Assembly (NCBI GenBank): GCA_963719515.1
Contig: CAVRCJ010000010.1
Location: 512,001-576,000 of the forward strand
Source: an uncultured cyanobacterium
GTDB taxonomy: Bacteria > Cyanobacteriota > Cyanobacteriia > CAKZMO01
DNA length: 64,000 nt
Direction of reading: 5' to 3'
Under the pieces are notes generated by a model. The model made no database searches. It saw only the letters and a list, made by a program, of their open reading frames with translations, and was not told where the DNA came from. Both the position numbers and the translations under genes were made by a program. This document shows, piece after piece, positions 19,139-28,622 of this stretch. Each line of letters opens with the position of its first letter. The first letter of the stretch is position 1.

Positions 19139-19723
19139 ATGAATTTGGACTTGCTAGAGAGCGTCGGTCTGGGCCTTGGTCTAGGCATCGCCGCCGGATT
19201 TCGCGTGGTGGTGCCCTTCTGGGTGCTGAGTGCAGCGGCCATTTTCGGCCACCTGCCGCTCAACGAAAATATGCAGTGGTTAGAGAGCCAAACGGCGCTG
19301 ATTGGCCTCAGCCTGGCGCTGCTGGTGGAGCTGCTGGCCTATAGCATTCCTTGGCTAGACAATGCGGTGGATACGGTGGCGCTGCCCATTGCCGCTGTAG
19401 CCGGTACGCTGCTGATGGGGCTAGCGGCAAACCAGCTGGACCCTTTTGCCCAGTGGAGCCTGGCGATTGTGGCGGGCGGCGGGGCGGCAGCTACGGTCAA
19501 AGGGCTGAGCGGATTTACCCGGCTGGTTTCAACGGCGACCACAGGCGGACTGACGAATTTTTTGGTGGCGATCGCGGAATTAGTGGGGGCGCTGGCGCTC
19601 TCGGTGCTGGCGCTCTCGGCTCCGCTATTCGCTTTTGCTGGGGTGCTGGTGCTGGCTGCTGTGCTGGTGCGCTTTGTGGTGAGGTTCACTCAGGCAAAGG
19701 AGCCAACGGTCGGTGTAGATTAG
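19139..19723 (+). CDS. DUF4126-family membrane protein
   Basis: GLGIAAGFR, ELLAYSIPWLDNAVD, RLVSTATTGG..N pattern; highly hydrophobic. Confidence 0.8.
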   Translation: MNLDLLESVGLGLGLGIAAGFRVVVPFWVLSAAAIFGHLPLNENMQWLESQTALIGLSLALLVELLAYSIPWLDNAVDTVALPIAAVAGTLLMGLAANQLDPFAQWSLAIVAGGGAAATVKGLSGFTRLVSTATTGGLTNFLVAIAELVGALALSVLALSAPLFAFAGVLVLAAVLVRFVVRFTQAKEPTVGVD

Positions 19724-19803
19724 ATCGCGATAGCCGGAAGCCAACAGGACAAGCTATTGAGTGCGATCGCCTTTGCCTCAGAGCGCCGGCGACCCCGATG
19801 GAA

Positions 19804-20550
19804 TCAGCACCATACCCTAGCCCAGCGCGATCGCACCATCGATTCCACCCTACGACCGTACAGCTTGCCCAGCGTCACTAAGATAATCGTCCCTGCCTGA
19901 ATGCTGCCCTGCAGCGTGCCCGAAATCTTTGATTTACCAGAGCGTCTTGGGTAATACTGTGTCGGGAACTCTGCCACCCGCAACCCTAGCTCTACCGCCC
20001 GCACCTGCATCTCCACCGTCCAGCCAAAGCCCCGGTCCTGCATGGCAATTTGTTCTAGGGCCTGCCGCCGCACCAGTCGCAGTGGACCCAAGTCTTTGTA
20101 TCGGTAGCCCCAGCCTAGCTGAATAAGCCGCGTCGCCAGCGCATTGCCCCACCGCTGGGCGGGCGTCAGCACCCTGCGGCCTGCCACCGTTGCGGTGCGA
20201 TCGCTCAGCATTAGGTCGTAGGCGTGGCGCTGCTGTAGCCACTCAGGCAGCTGGGCCAAGTCATCACTGCCATCTCCGTCACAAAACAAGATCCAGTTAA
20301 CGTCGCTTGGCAGGCGACAAAGTCCGCGCCAGCAGGCTTGGCCATAGCCCGGTTTGGGCTCGTGAAGCACCTCGACGCCCACCGCTGTAGCGCAGGCAAC
20401 GCTGTCGTCCGTGCTGCCATTGTCGACCACGCGCACTCGGCTTAGCCCCAGTTTCTTAATCTGCGCAATGACCTTGACAATGCTGTCGGCCTCATTGCGC
20501 ACTGGGATAATGACCAAAACGTCAGCAGCGCTGTAATTTTCAGGGGTCAT
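19804..20550 (-). CDS. Glycosyltransferase family 2 (DPM1-like)
   Basis: IIPVRNEA, VVDNGSTD, GYGQAC, FCDGDGSD, DLGPLR, GWTVEMQ, SKISGT. Confidence 0.9.
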   Translation of the reverse strand: MTPENYSAADVLVIIPVRNEADSIVKVIAQIKKLGLSRVRVVDNGSTDDSVACATAVGVEVLHEPKPGYGQACWRGLCRLPSDVNWILFCDGDGSDDLAQLPEWLQQRHAYDLMLSDRTATVAGRRVLTPAQRWGNALATRLIQLGWGYRYKDLGPLRLVRRQALEQIAMQDRGFGWTVEMQVRAVELGLRVAEFPTQYYPRRSGKSKISGTLQGSIQAGTIILVTLGKLYGRRVESMVRSRWARVWC

Positions 20551-20743
20551 GGGGGGCGTTCCACTCGAAAAAACTGTCTAGCCCTAAAGGCTGAAGCACT
20601 CGATATTGGTTTATCACGGAAGCCATGTGCTTAAATGAAAACCGCTGAAGAATCTCCTGAGAGGTTGCCGCAGCGGGTCAGCTCCACACCCTCAGCCAAA
20701 ATCAAAGAGTCCCAATTCACTTCATTCTTGTTGATCTCTGCCC

Positions 20744-21613
20744 ATGTCAATTTTGCCTAACCCTTCAGCCTGCCTCGGCTTAGCGTTCTTGTCGGCTTCT
20801 GCCCTCCTGCCCATGGCCGCTAGCCCAGCCGCCGCGCTGTCGGTGAGGATTTCTCCGGAGAGCCCTCAGCTGGGCGACACGCTGTCCGTGGTAGCGGTTG
20901 CCGACGCCGGAGAAACCGAGCCACCCACCGTCACCTCAGGAAATCGCGCCTATCCTATGTTTGAGGTCAACGGCACTTGGCGGGCTTTGATTCCCACCAC
21001 GCCTCTGGAAGCCTCTGGTCGACGAGAAATTCAGGTGCGCGACAGCGATGAGGTTCGCAACCTGGCGGTGTGGGTGAGCGATCGCTCTTTTCCCACGCAG
21101 AGCATCTGGGTACAGGGAGGCGGTTCCGGGCTTACGGAAACAGAGCGATCGCAGGTGGCAGCGTTCAAGACCTTAGTCACTCCCGAGCGCTTCTGGAATG
21201 GGCCATTTTTACGGCCAACGAGCGGACCAGTAAGCACGGTTTTTGGGGTACAGCGCTATTACAACGGCGTGTTTGCCGATAACTACTACCACCGTGGCGT
21301 CGACTACGCGACGGGAATCGGCACCCCCATTGTGGCCCCTGCATCAGGGCAGATTTCCCTCGTGGGCTACGAGAGCGAGGGCTTCCGCGTCCACGGCAAC
21401 ACTATTGGCCTGAACCACGGACAGGGGGTGCTCAGCATTTTTATCCACCTCAACGAAATCTACGTGCAGGACGGAGAGTTTGTAGAGGCAGGCCAGACCA
21501 TCGGCACCGTAGGCTTCACCGGCAGTGCTACTGGGCCTCATCTTCACTGGGGGCTCTATGTCAATGGTGATGCGGTGGACCCGGTGCCCTGGCGGTACGA
21601 CGGTATTGAGTAG
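20744..21613 (+). CDS. M23 family metallopeptidase, secreted
   Basis: Signal peptide; HRGVD and ATGPHLHW zinc motifs. Confidence 0.92.
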   Translation: MSILPNPSACLGLAFLSASALLPMAASPAAALSVRISPESPQLGDTLSVVAVADAGETEPPTVTSGNRAYPMFEVNGTWRALIPTTPLEASGRREIQVRDSDEVRNLAVWVSDRSFPTQSIWVQGGGSGLTETERSQVAAFKTLVTPERFWNGPFLRPTSGPVSTVFGVQRYYNGVFADNYYHRGVDYATGIGTPIVAPASGQISLVGYESEGFRVHGNTIGLNHGQGVLSIFIHLNEIYVQDGEFVEAGQTIGTVGFTGSATGPHLHWGLYVNGDAVDPVPWRYDGIE

Positions 21614-21715
21614 GCTTAGCGCTGCGATGAAGCTGGTTATCCGAGCCTAGAGTTGGGCACTCTACACCGGTAAACCCATCCATCGCGATCAAGTCTATCG
21701 CGATTGAGAGAAGCC

Positions 21716-22249
21716 ATGAGTATTGCCCAGTTGGTTGATCAGGCGCTAGAGGAAGGGTACTTGACCGCGGTAGTGGAGGGAAACATTGGCGAGCGGTGCG
21801 GCGCAGCTGAGCTTACTCTAGAGGACTACAGGGCGCTGGATCGCCTCACGGATGCCCTTATGCAGGGCACCGTGATCACCGTACCGCGTAAGCAGGCGGT
21901 GAACGTCATGGAGGAGCTAGTGCTGCTGGAGGCCACCACTCGCATTACCCAGCTGGAGACCCATGGGCCGACGTTCCTCGACCTGGGAGATATCTCGGCC
22001 TATGCCCTCAATCGCCTACCGCCCCTCTACGCCACGACGGAAGAAGGGGCAGAGTATCAGCGAACCCGCGCGAGTGAAATGCTGCGGCCCGAAATTGTGC
22101 AGGTCGTCAATGAGGCAATTTCTCGCAGCTTGGTGTGGCCAGACTTCCCAGACCGACAAGCCCTCCAAACGCAGGAAGAGGCACCGGCTCACCTGTCAAC
22201 GCAGCTGGCGAAATGGCTGAAAAATTTGACCAAGGGCCAAAAGACCTAG
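21716..22249 (+). CDS. ComFB-domain protein (putative cyclic dinucleotide receptor)
   Basis: NVMEELV...DISAYALNRLPPLYATTEEG signature; N-terminal helical domain; ATG at 21716. Confidence 0.85.
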   Translation: MSIAQLVDQALEEGYLTAVVEGNIGERCGAAELTLEDYRALDRLTDALMQGTVITVPRKQAVNVMEELVLLEATTRITQLETHGPTFLDLGDISAYALNRLPPLYATTEEGAEYQRTRASEMLRPEIVQVVNEAISRSLVWPDFPDRQALQTQEEAPAHLSTQLAKWLKNLTKGQKT

Positions 22250-22419
22250 TCTCAGCAGATCACAAGGCGCTCTATGCCATGTAAAGGTTTGAGCCCACGA
22301 CATTGTCCTAAGCAATGTGGCCAAAGCTATATTTGACTCGTCAGCAGCGGATCCCCCTGGCAAGGCGGGTTCCCCGAGAGAAACTTTCTAAGACCCTGAT
22401 TGAGTTTTTTGCCATGGAG

Positions 22420-23163
22420 CTAGCGGCCCCCGTAGCGGGCGATCGCCCCTTCAGCGGGCTGCGCCTGATGGGTGAGCCAGGCCCACAGCTGATCCCCGTA
22501 GGAAAAGTGCCACCACTCCTGCGGATGGCGGCGGAAGCCTGTGCTGGCCATAGCAGCATTGAGAATTTGTCGGTGCTGGTGGAAGCGAGCGCGATCGGGG
22601 TCTGCCGCTGCGTCGGACGGAGCAAAGTGGTCTGGGTAAGAGCGCGGAGAAATTTCGTCGATGGGAGAACCCATGTCCACCGCCTGACCCGACTCGTTCA
22701 CCAGCGTCAGGTCTACCGCTGCCCCAGTGCTGTGGGGCGGGGGCATTGCCGCATCTTGGCTCGGCAATGCCCAAAATTGGTAGACCTGTTGCCAAAGCTG
22801 CGCTTCTTGCTGGGGGGTGAGGGTATCTGGCGAGCAGCCGCTGGCTTCAAGGCGCTCAGCAAAAGTGGCCTCCACCATAAACCGCTGCACCGCTATGGGG
22901 CGGTAGGCGTCGAACAGGCACAGCCGCCATCCGGGATGCTGCGCCTGCAGAGCGACCTGCGCCTCCATGAGCCGTGCCAGCACACCCTGCCGTAGGTAGT
23001 AGGGGGAGCGATCGCCGTAGGGAGCACCACGCTGAACGTAGGGGTGAGGGGACTGGACGGCGAAGCGATCGAGGGGGATGGGGACGAGGGGTTCACCGCA
23101 GTCTTGAATGGGAATTTGGTAGTGGGGCTTTGAGGAAGCGGTTGGAGCAGGTGTAGACGTCAT
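22420..23163 (-). CDS. ddpX: D-alanyl-D-alanine dipeptidase (peptidase M15D, VanX/DdpX-like)
   Basis: FDAYRP, PHSTGAAVDLTL, DMGSPID, EWWHFSYGD. Confidence 0.88.
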   Translation of the reverse strand: MTSTPAPTASSKPHYQIPIQDCGEPLVPIPLDRFAVQSPHPYVQRGAPYGDRSPYYLRQGVLARLMEAQVALQAQHPGWRLCLFDAYRPIAVQRFMVEATFAERLEASGCSPDTLTPQQEAQLWQQVYQFWALPSQDAAMPPPHSTGAAVDLTLVNESGQAVDMGSPIDEISPRSYPDHFAPSDAAADPDRARFHQHRQILNAAMASTGFRRHPQEWWHFSYGDQLWAWLTHQAQPAEGAIARYGGR

Positions 23164-23194
23164 AGGTCAATGGGGAAGAGGGTAGAACTGTAGC

Positions 23195-23670
23195 TTATAT
23201 GCCGTCACCGACCACCTGGAAGTCAACCACCAGCGGTTTGTGGTCAGACCCGGCGTCTGCTCCCACCCGAGTCTCTACCCCCTCAAACCCGCTGCTAATC
23301 AAACAGCGATCGATGGAAATAGAGAACAGCGAGGTCAGCCAGCCTGGAATCGCTCTAGACGTTCCCACAGTGGGCCAAGTGGACAGTACGCCAAAGCCGT
23401 CTTGGGTATTACGCAAGCCGGTCTGCTCAGCCCGCCGCTGGTAGTAAGGAGACCACATCGTTGTGTTGAACCCGCCAAAATTACCGGACCGCTCACCGCC
23501 TGCAGGTACTGGCCGATGAGGGCAAGCTGGCGATTGCGAGAGCGAAAAAACCGAGGCCTGACCGGCGTAAAGGGATGGGTGGCGAGTAGGGTAATGGCCT
23601 GATCTTGAACCGTGAGTTGAGCGACCACGCTGGCAATCGTATCTGTGCCAAAAAATTCAATCTGGGTTTG
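23195..23670 (-). pseudogene. 3' remnant of an endonuclease/exonuclease/phosphatase (EEP) family gene
   Basis: ATHP...RNRQL...PVILAG then a frameshift removing the Asp of GDFN, continuing NTTMWSPYY...TWP...GSDHKPL; N-terminal half is missing. Confidence 0.8.
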
Positions 23671-23696
23671 ACCCTCGCCACTTCATCCTCATCACT

Positions 23697-25541
23697 TCAC
23701 CGCCCCCACCTTACTGCTGACGTCATCCTAAAATACAGTCGCTTCAGGTGAGTCAGCGGGTTCAAATACCGGCGCACCACGGCAGGAATATCCAGCGCAG
23801 CGGGCGATCGCCACTCGCTCAGTACCGCGAGCTCCCCGCTCACATAGCGGTCGCGGCAGGCCCGCCGCTGAATCTTGCCGCTAGAGGTCTTGGGGAGGCT
23901 GCCGGGCTTTATTAGGGCGATCGCGTAGATGTCCACAAAGTGCTGGTCAAACAGCGCCCAGCGCACTGCCTCCACCACCGCTGCTGCCGTCAGCTGGTGG
24001 CGGTAGGTCCGCTCCACCTCCTGCACCACCACCAGGCGATCGCGCTCCTCCACCCTCACCGCAAACGCCGCCCCGCTGCCCGACTTCAGCCCCGGATGGC
24101 AGGCCGCTACCGTTTCCTCTAGGTGCTCGGGGTAGTGGTTGAGGCCCCAAAACACCAGCAGGTCATTCAGCCGTCCGGTGATAAACAGCTCCCCATCCTG
24201 GACAAAGCCCAGATCGCCCGTGCGCAGAAACGGGCCTTCCCCCCTCTCAGCGCCTTGACCCGATAAATAGGCCCGAAAGGTCTGGCTCGCCTGCGGCTGG
24301 TCCCAGTACCCCACCCCCAACCCCGACCCCGACACCCAAACCTCTCCCACCTCCTGGGGAGCGCAGCGTTGGCAAGTCTCGGGATGGGTGATCGCAATTT
24401 TCCCCTCCAGCCAGGGGTAGCCGCAGCTTACTAGATCGCGACGGCGGGGGGATGGCAGCTCACTGTAGTCGACCCGGCCTAACGCTAGGGCGGCTTCATC
24501 TACATAGCCCACGCGGGGTGGGTCAGCGGCCTGGCCGCCGGAGATAAACAGCGTCGCTTCCGCCATACCGTAGCAGGGATAGAAGGCCTCCCGGCGAAAG
24601 CCACAGGGGGCAAACTTGGCGGCAAACTGATCGAGGGTCGCGGCCCGCACGGGCTCTGCCCCAGAAAACGCCACTTGCCAAGTGCTGAGGTTAAGGTGCT
24701 GCACCTGGACTTCGGTCACGTAGCGGCAGAGGAGGTCATAGGCAAAGTTGGGCCCGCCGCTGGTGGTGCCGCCGTAGCGAGAAATAGCCTCCAGCCAGCG
24801 CAAGGGCTTTTGGATGAACGCGATCGGCGACATGAGGACGCAGGATGTGCCCAGATAGAGCGGCTGCAGCGCATTGCCAATCAGCCCCATGTCGTGGAAT
24901 AGCGGAAGCCAGCCAACGCCGACTAGCGCCTCGCTGTGGTTAAACGCTAGCTTGAGCAGCTCTTGGTTGTGGAGTAGCCCTTGGTGGGTGACCATGACGC
25001 CTTTGGGCAGCCCCGTGGAGCCGGAGGTGTACTGCAAAAACGCCAAGGCTTCGCCGTCAATATCGGGCCGCCGCCAGCTCGCCGCTGGGTCTAGCGAAAT
25101 CTCCTCCGGCACGACCCACCGACAGTCGGCGATCGCCCCCGTCTCTTTCAGCTGGCGCTGCAGCTTCGCGCCCATCGATTTGGGCGTCAGCAGGAGCTTT
25201 GCGCCGGAGGAGGTCAGTCGTCCCACAAGGTCTGAGACGCCATGGCGGCTGCGGGGGGGATGGGTGGGCGCAGGGACGACACCTGCGTATAGGCATCCCA
25301 AAAAGGCGGCGATGAATTCCAGTCCGGCCTCGTAAGGATAGACCAGCAGCGCCCGATCCCCTTTTCGGGCAACGGTGCAAAGATAAACGGCGATCGCTCG
25401 TGCCTGCTGGTCCAAAGCGCCATAGGTGAGGGTGCTTTCAGCTGTTTCCCCATCTTTAAGGAATCGATAGGCCACCTGGTCAGGGGTCGCCTGGGCGCGA
25501 TCGCACAGCAGGTCAATGAAGGTAGCGTGAGTAGTCTGCAT
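23697..25541 (-). CDS. Stand-alone fatty acyl-AMP ligase (FAAL)
   Basis: LQYTSGSTGLPKGV, WLPLFHDMGLIG, YPCYGMAEATL, FLRTGDLGF, PKTSSGKIQR; likely ATG at 25541 (MQTTHATF). Confidence 0.9.
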   Translation of the reverse strand: MQTTHATFIDLLCDRAQATPDQVAYRFLKDGETAESTLTYGALDQQARAIAVYLCTVARKGDRALLVYPYEAGLEFIAAFLGCLYAGVVPAPTHPPRSRHGVSDLVGRLTSSGAKLLLTPKSMGAKLQRQLKETGAIADCRWVVPEEISLDPAASWRRPDIDGEALAFLQYTSGSTGLPKGVMVTHQGLLHNQELLKLAFNHSEALVGVGWLPLFHDMGLIGNALQPLYLGTSCVLMSPIAFIQKPLRWLEAISRYGGTTSGGPNFAYDLLCRYVTEVQVQHLNLSTWQVAFSGAEPVRAATLDQFAAKFAPCGFRREAFYPCYGMAEATLFISGGQAADPPRVGYVDEAALALGRVDYSELPSPRRRDLVSCGYPWLEGKIAITHPETCQRCAPQEVGEVWVSGSGLGVGYWDQPQASQTFRAYLSGQGAERGEGPFLRTGDLGFVQDGELFITGRLNDLLVFWGLNHYPEHLEETVAACHPGLKSGSGAAFAVRVEERDRLVVVQEVERTYRHQLTAAAVVEAVRWALFDQHFVDIYAIALIKPGSLPKTSSGKIQRRACRDRYVSGELAVLSEWRSPAALDIPAVVRRYLNPLTHLKRLYFRMTSAVRWGR

Positions 25542-26094
25542 TCCGCTGGTGGGCGATGGGATAGAGACGCTGCCGCAATACGACCATAGCCCCTGGGCTT
25601 GGGTGGCTAGCGATCCAGACATTACCCAATTTTCGCGGCGGATGCAATCAGCTTTTTGAAAAGCTACTGCCAAATTCTGCGATCGCTGGGTTATCCAGGA
25701 GAGATTTAAAGCAAGTTCCTGTAGCTTTTTCAACTGACTTAAAAGTAAGACCGAGGTGGCGATCGCCACCTCAAACAGGTTTAGTCCTTAGCTAAAAGTC
25801 CTAAGACATACTTAGTTTGGCTTCCCAAGATATTCCTCTTAGGAATAGCCGTAAGCTTTGTATCTCTATCAATTGGTGGGTAGGTAAAAGATCCAGGTTT
25901 TGTACTATTAGACTTGGCTACAATCGGCCTTTAAACCAAGACACCCAATAAGTTTTCTCGAAACTGATCATTTCCTGCTTCAGAACCTTTTTCGCCGTTT
26001 AGGAGAAGCAGGCGATGTTGGGTTTAGCCCATTCAACACCGCAACCTAGACCGCTACGCTATCGGTTAATTCATCAAAGGACTCAATACAGGGC

Positions 26095-27285
26095 ATGATC
26101 TGTACCTCCCTGGCGTCGTCTATGAGCGATGCTCCTCTCTCGCCTCGTCTCTGGGTAGAGAAGTCGCCGCTGCCGCAGTGCAGCATCTGCGTCATTGTTC
26201 CGGTCCGCAACGAGGCCGAAAATTTACCGGCTGTCATGCAGGCTCTGGCTCACCAGGTTGATCTGCGGGGAGGACCGCTCGACCCGCGCCGGTACGAAGT
26301 GATTGTATTTGCCAACAACTGCACTGACCGGTCCGCCGACGTTGTTCGCCGCGCTATGAACAGCTATCCGCAGCTGAGACTTCATCTGATAGAGCGCGAA
26401 TTACCTTCTGAAGAAGCTTATATTGGCCGAGTCCGTCAGCTGCTCATGAATGAAGCGTATCACCGCCTGCTGCAGCTGGGTGAGCTGCGCGGGGCGATCG
26501 CCTCCACTGATGGAGATACTCAGGTTGGCCCGACTTGGGTTGCCACCATCTTGCAAGAGCTTGGACAGGGAGCTGATGCCGTCGGGGGACGCATTGTGAC
26601 GAGCGGTGCCGGACGTAAGGCTCTAGATGTCTATGCCCGGTCCTACCATCTGCGCTCGGTGGGCTACGCCTTACTCACCACGCAGCTCGAAGACGGCATT
26701 GACCCCAACCCAGCCGATCCCGCGCCGCGCCATCACCAATTTTATGGGGCAAACTTTGCGGTTACTTGTGAGGCTTACGCGCGAGCCGGGGGCATGCCCC
26801 CTGTCCACACCCCGGAAGACGTTGCCCTGCGCGATGCCCTAATTAGGGTAGGCGCGCGGCTGCGCCATAGCCTAGCAATGCGGGTGACAACCTCAGCCCG
26901 CCAGGTGGGACGTACCTCCATTGGGCTTGCCAGCCAGCTGACTGAGTGGCAAGTTATGGGACAGCGGCAGCAGGCCCTCTTGGTAGAATCTGCAGCGGCC
27001 TTAGAAGCCAAGCTGCGGGCCCGTCGGGATTTGCGGCGGCTTTGGCGACGGCTCGCGCTAGGTGAACTGCCGCTGCAGCAGGAAATTGACCCGCTTGCCG
27101 CGCGGTTTGCGATCTCTGCAGAATGGCTGTGGGAGGAGCTTGAGGCGCTGCTGCCGTTTGACTTTCTTTACCAGCGAATTGAGCAGCGCCAGTCGGTAGA
27201 TGGCCTGTGGCAGCGGCGCTGGGAACTGGTTCCCATTGAGGTGGCGATCGCCGGGCTGCGTCTGCGGCTAAGTCGGTTGCGCTAG
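26095..27285 (+). CDS. Glycosyltransferase family 2
   Basis: VIVPVRNEA, ANNCTD, STDGD, HHQFYGANFAV, EDVAL, VTTSAR..GR. Confidence 0.88.
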   Translation: MICTSLASSMSDAPLSPRLWVEKSPLPQCSICVIVPVRNEAENLPAVMQALAHQVDLRGGPLDPRRYEVIVFANNCTDRSADVVRRAMNSYPQLRLHLIERELPSEEAYIGRVRQLLMNEAYHRLLQLGELRGAIASTDGDTQVGPTWVATILQELGQGADAVGGRIVTSGAGRKALDVYARSYHLRSVGYALLTTQLEDGIDPNPADPAPRHHQFYGANFAVTCEAYARAGGMPPVHTPEDVALRDALIRVGARLRHSLAMRVTTSARQVGRTSIGLASQLTEWQVMGQRQQALLVESAAALEAKLRARRDLRRLWRRLALGELPLQQEIDPLAARFAISAEWLWEELEALLPFDFLYQRIEQRQSVDGLWQRRWELVPIEVAIAGLRLRLSRLR

Positions 27286-27866
27286 CGCTCGTACAGATCC
27301 AGGCGGTAGGCCTCTGCTCGCTGGCTCAGGCGATGACGCAGCCGAGAGGCGGCAAACGCTTCGAAAGAATCGTGGACCTCGTTGCCGTCGATGGGGTAGT
27401 CCGGCACCTCGCCCGTCCAGTGCACTAGCAGCAGGTGCCCGTCTGGTGCCAGGGAATCGTAAATTAGCGCCTGCGATCGCGCCAGATCGGACCGGCTCCA
27501 GTAGTACCCCACCTCAGACAGCACCACCAGGTCAAACTTGCCCTTGGGATAGCGCTCGGGAATGTTCATCATCTCGAAGCGGACGTGGGGCAGATGGCGG
27601 CAGCGCTGAATAGCCTTAGCCTGCGCCGTCTCGGAAATGTCGATGGAGAGTAGGGCGTCGCAGCGCTCCGCTAGCTTTTCAGTGAGCACCCCAATAGACC
27701 CCCCAACCTCGAAGGCGGAGCCATACCGCTGGCGCGGCAGTGCGGCCAGGGTAGTGGCGTATTTATCGGTCTCGTAGGGGCTAGTTTCAAATCCCCACGG
27801 ATCTGAGTCGGCTTGGTACAGGGCTTCAAAATAGTCTGCGGGCAGCGACTGTTGAGGGGAGGTCAT
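27282..27866 (-). CDS. NodS-like SAM-dependent methyltransferase
   Basis: YFEALY..DSDPW, YE..KY, EVGGSIG, FDLVVLSEVGYY; ATG at 27866 overlaps the upstream stop (ATGA). Confidence 0.88.
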   Translation of the reverse strand: MTSPQQSLPADYFEALYQADSDPWGFETSPYETDKYATTLAALPRQRYGSAFEVGGSIGVLTEKLAERCDALLSIDISETAQAKAIQRCRHLPHVRFEMMNIPERYPKGKFDLVVLSEVGYYWSRSDLARSQALIYDSLAPDGHLLLVHWTGEVPDYPIDGNEVHDSFEAFAASRLRHRLSQRAEAYRLDLYER

Positions 27867-28618
27867 GGGCAGGGCTCCAGGTAAATTTCCCAAGGTTGTG
27901 AAAAGTGGGTGAGCAAGTCGGGTGAGAGGCGAAACCCGCTGGGGTCATCGTCAATTAGATCCTCAATCTGGGACCGGTAGCAGGCGATCGCCTGTTGCTT
28001 CAGATGGACGGTGCTAGAGATATCCAGTCGCCAGAGCCGATAGCCCGCCGGTAACTCTCCCCGCTGCGCTGGGTCCCAGTCCCAGATAGGGTATTCCACC
28101 AGGCGCGGCGGACAGGGCAAGGTAATAGCCACAGCCTGAATTAGCTGCCAGGTGGCGCGGTGGTCGGGGTGGGGGTCATAGCGGTAGGGCAGAAAGATGG
28201 TGCTGGGAGGATGGGCCGTCAGGGCGATGCGGCAGGCTGCTAGCGCTTGACTTAGCTCGGGCGTCGGGGACTGGAGATGGGGCACCCCGCCGTCCGGCAG
28301 GCGTAAAAACGCGATCTGCTCAGCGCTAACCCCTAGCCGCTGCATCGCCGCTTGGGTTTCCCCCTCCCGAAGCTGCCGCAGCGCCGGAGCGGGGTATTTC
28401 TGGGAGTGGGGGTGAGACTGGGTGCCATCGCTCACCACCAGCACGCGCACCGCTTCTCCCCGCGCGCGCAGGAGCGCCACTGCTCCGCCGCACCCCAAGG
28501 TCTCGTCATCGGGGTGGGGAGCCACCACCAGAACCGGCCCCGCCACCGCCAGCGACCGCGCTTCTATCGCCTGGGGGGATGCGAGTGGGGATGTTGGCAA
28601 TGGCGGCACTGCTGGCAC
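27863..28618 (-). CDS. PIG-L/LmbE family de-N-acetylase
   Basis: VAPHPDDETLGCGG, SDG..SHP, R..E, DPHPDH, K..AI.CYRSQ; probable GTG at 28618 just after the ACAD stop. Confidence 0.9.
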   Translation of the reverse strand: MPAVPPLPTSPLASPQAIEARSLAVAGPVLVVAPHPDDETLGCGGAVALLRARGEAVRVLVVSDGTQSHPHSQKYPAPALRQLREGETQAAMQRLGVSAEQIAFLRLPDGGVPHLQSPTPELSQALAACRIALTAHPPSTIFLPYRYDPHPDHRATWQLIQAVAITLPCPPRLVEYPIWDWDPAQRGELPAGYRLWRLDISSTVHLKQQAIACYRSQIEDLIDDDPSGFRLSPDLLTHFSQPWEIYLEPCP

Positions 28619-28622
28619 TAAA

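Noticed and set aside
22315..22995. 226-aa plus-strand ORF
   Set aside because: Antisense shadow of the well-supported D-Ala-D-Ala dipeptidase; no motifs
23697..25541. Olefin synthase (OLS) pathway alongside AAR/ADO
   Set aside because: The FAAL is stand-alone, with no ACP, KS, sulfotransferase or thioesterase domains in the window
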